Assembly (NCBI GenBank): GCA_004555865.1
Contig: SFJO01000002.1
Coordinates: 90,201-154,200, forward strand
Source: Oscillospiraceae bacterium
Lineage (GTDB): Bacteria > Bacillota > Clostridia > Oscillospirales > Ruminococcaceae
Length of the DNA: 64,000 nt
Direction: 5' to 3'
Below are positions 63,744 to 64,000 of this stretch, one piece after another; within the stretch, counting starts at the first letter, position 1; every line of letters starts with the position of its first letter. Made by a program: the position numbers and the translations under genes. Below the pieces are notes generated by a model. That model saw only the letters and a list, made by a program, of their open reading frames with translations, was not told where the DNA came from and made no database searches.

Positions 63744-64000
63744 ATGACCTGGGCACTTGTTTCTGATTCCACCTGTGAGATCCGCTCCATCGACCATCTC
63801 GCCCCCGATACCGCCTTCTACACGGTTCCGCTGAAGATCCGTGTGGGCGAACGAGAATATGTGGACAACGCCATGCTGGACACCGAGGCCATGCTGGAAG
63901 CCATGGCCAACTACAACGGCCCCTCTTCCACCGCCTGCCCCGCCCCAGAGGAATGGGCCGAAAAGTTCCTGCTGGCGGATCAGGTGTTCGCCATTACCAT
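63744..64000 (+). CDS. DegV-family fatty-acid-binding protein (N-terminal part; runs off the right edge)
   Basis: ATG 63744. MTWALVSDSTCEIRS..YTVPLKIRVGEREYVDN matches the DegV N-terminus (xxDSTxDL, PLxIxxxxxxYxD). Confidence 0.8.
   Translation, partial: MTWALVSDSTCEIRSIDHLAPDTAFYTVPLKIRVGEREYVDNAMLDTEAMLEAMANYNGPSSTACPAPEEWAEKFLLADQVFAIT

Overview
This 64-kb window looks like core chromosome of a high-GC, butyrate-producing Firmicute. Gene content and protein sequences resemble Faecalibacterium/Oscillospiraceae, but that is inference only, since no search was run. I call 54 protein-coding genes (2 truncated by the window edges), 1 gene remnant, 1 tRNA-Pro, and a set of sigma70-type promoters, intrinsic terminators and operator-like palindromes read directly from the sequence. 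Most genes are on the minus strand.

Gene content from left to right:
- 1-8015: a cell-surface glycan locus with five glycosyltransferases, a radical SAM/SPASM enzyme and a priming sugar-phosphate transferase.
- 8792-14994: the complete thl-crt-hbd-bcd-etfBA butyryl-CoA operon, followed by coaD and the butyryl-CoA:acetate CoA-transferase gene (16143-17489).
- 18061-18136: a solitary tRNA-Pro.
- 19891-28418: the rimP-nusA-ylxR-L7Ae-infB-rbfA-nrnA-truB-ribF operon.
- 28593-34141: membrane acyltransferase, M29 aminopeptidase, GT-C glycosyltransferase and lrgAB.
- 34337-40573: glyQS, a cupin gene preceded by an aldolase remnant, an EamA transporter, HAD-thiM and argF.
- 40952-44932: potABCD.
- 45041-50301: a TetR / MMPL / heptad-repeat exported protein module.
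- 50473-64000: ftsH, metG-tatD, a flavodiiron protein, acyP, fhs, an SGNH hydrolase and degV.

No mobile elements, cas genes, integrases or recognisable defence genes were seen.

The stand-out feature is a 1.3-kb gene-free interval (53533-54858). On the minus strand it contains a promoter-to-terminator unit of about 0.95 kb built from roughly 7 diverged tandem modules of 110-170 nt. Each module carries a conserved SD-like GAGG-N11-AUG core followed by a 1-2 codon mini-ORF. The unit ends in a strong terminator immediately upstream of a small membrane-protein gene. I cannot assign it to any RNA family from memory, and I flag it as the best candidate for something undescribed.

All start-codon refinements, promoters and terminators are manual calls without folding or scoring software.
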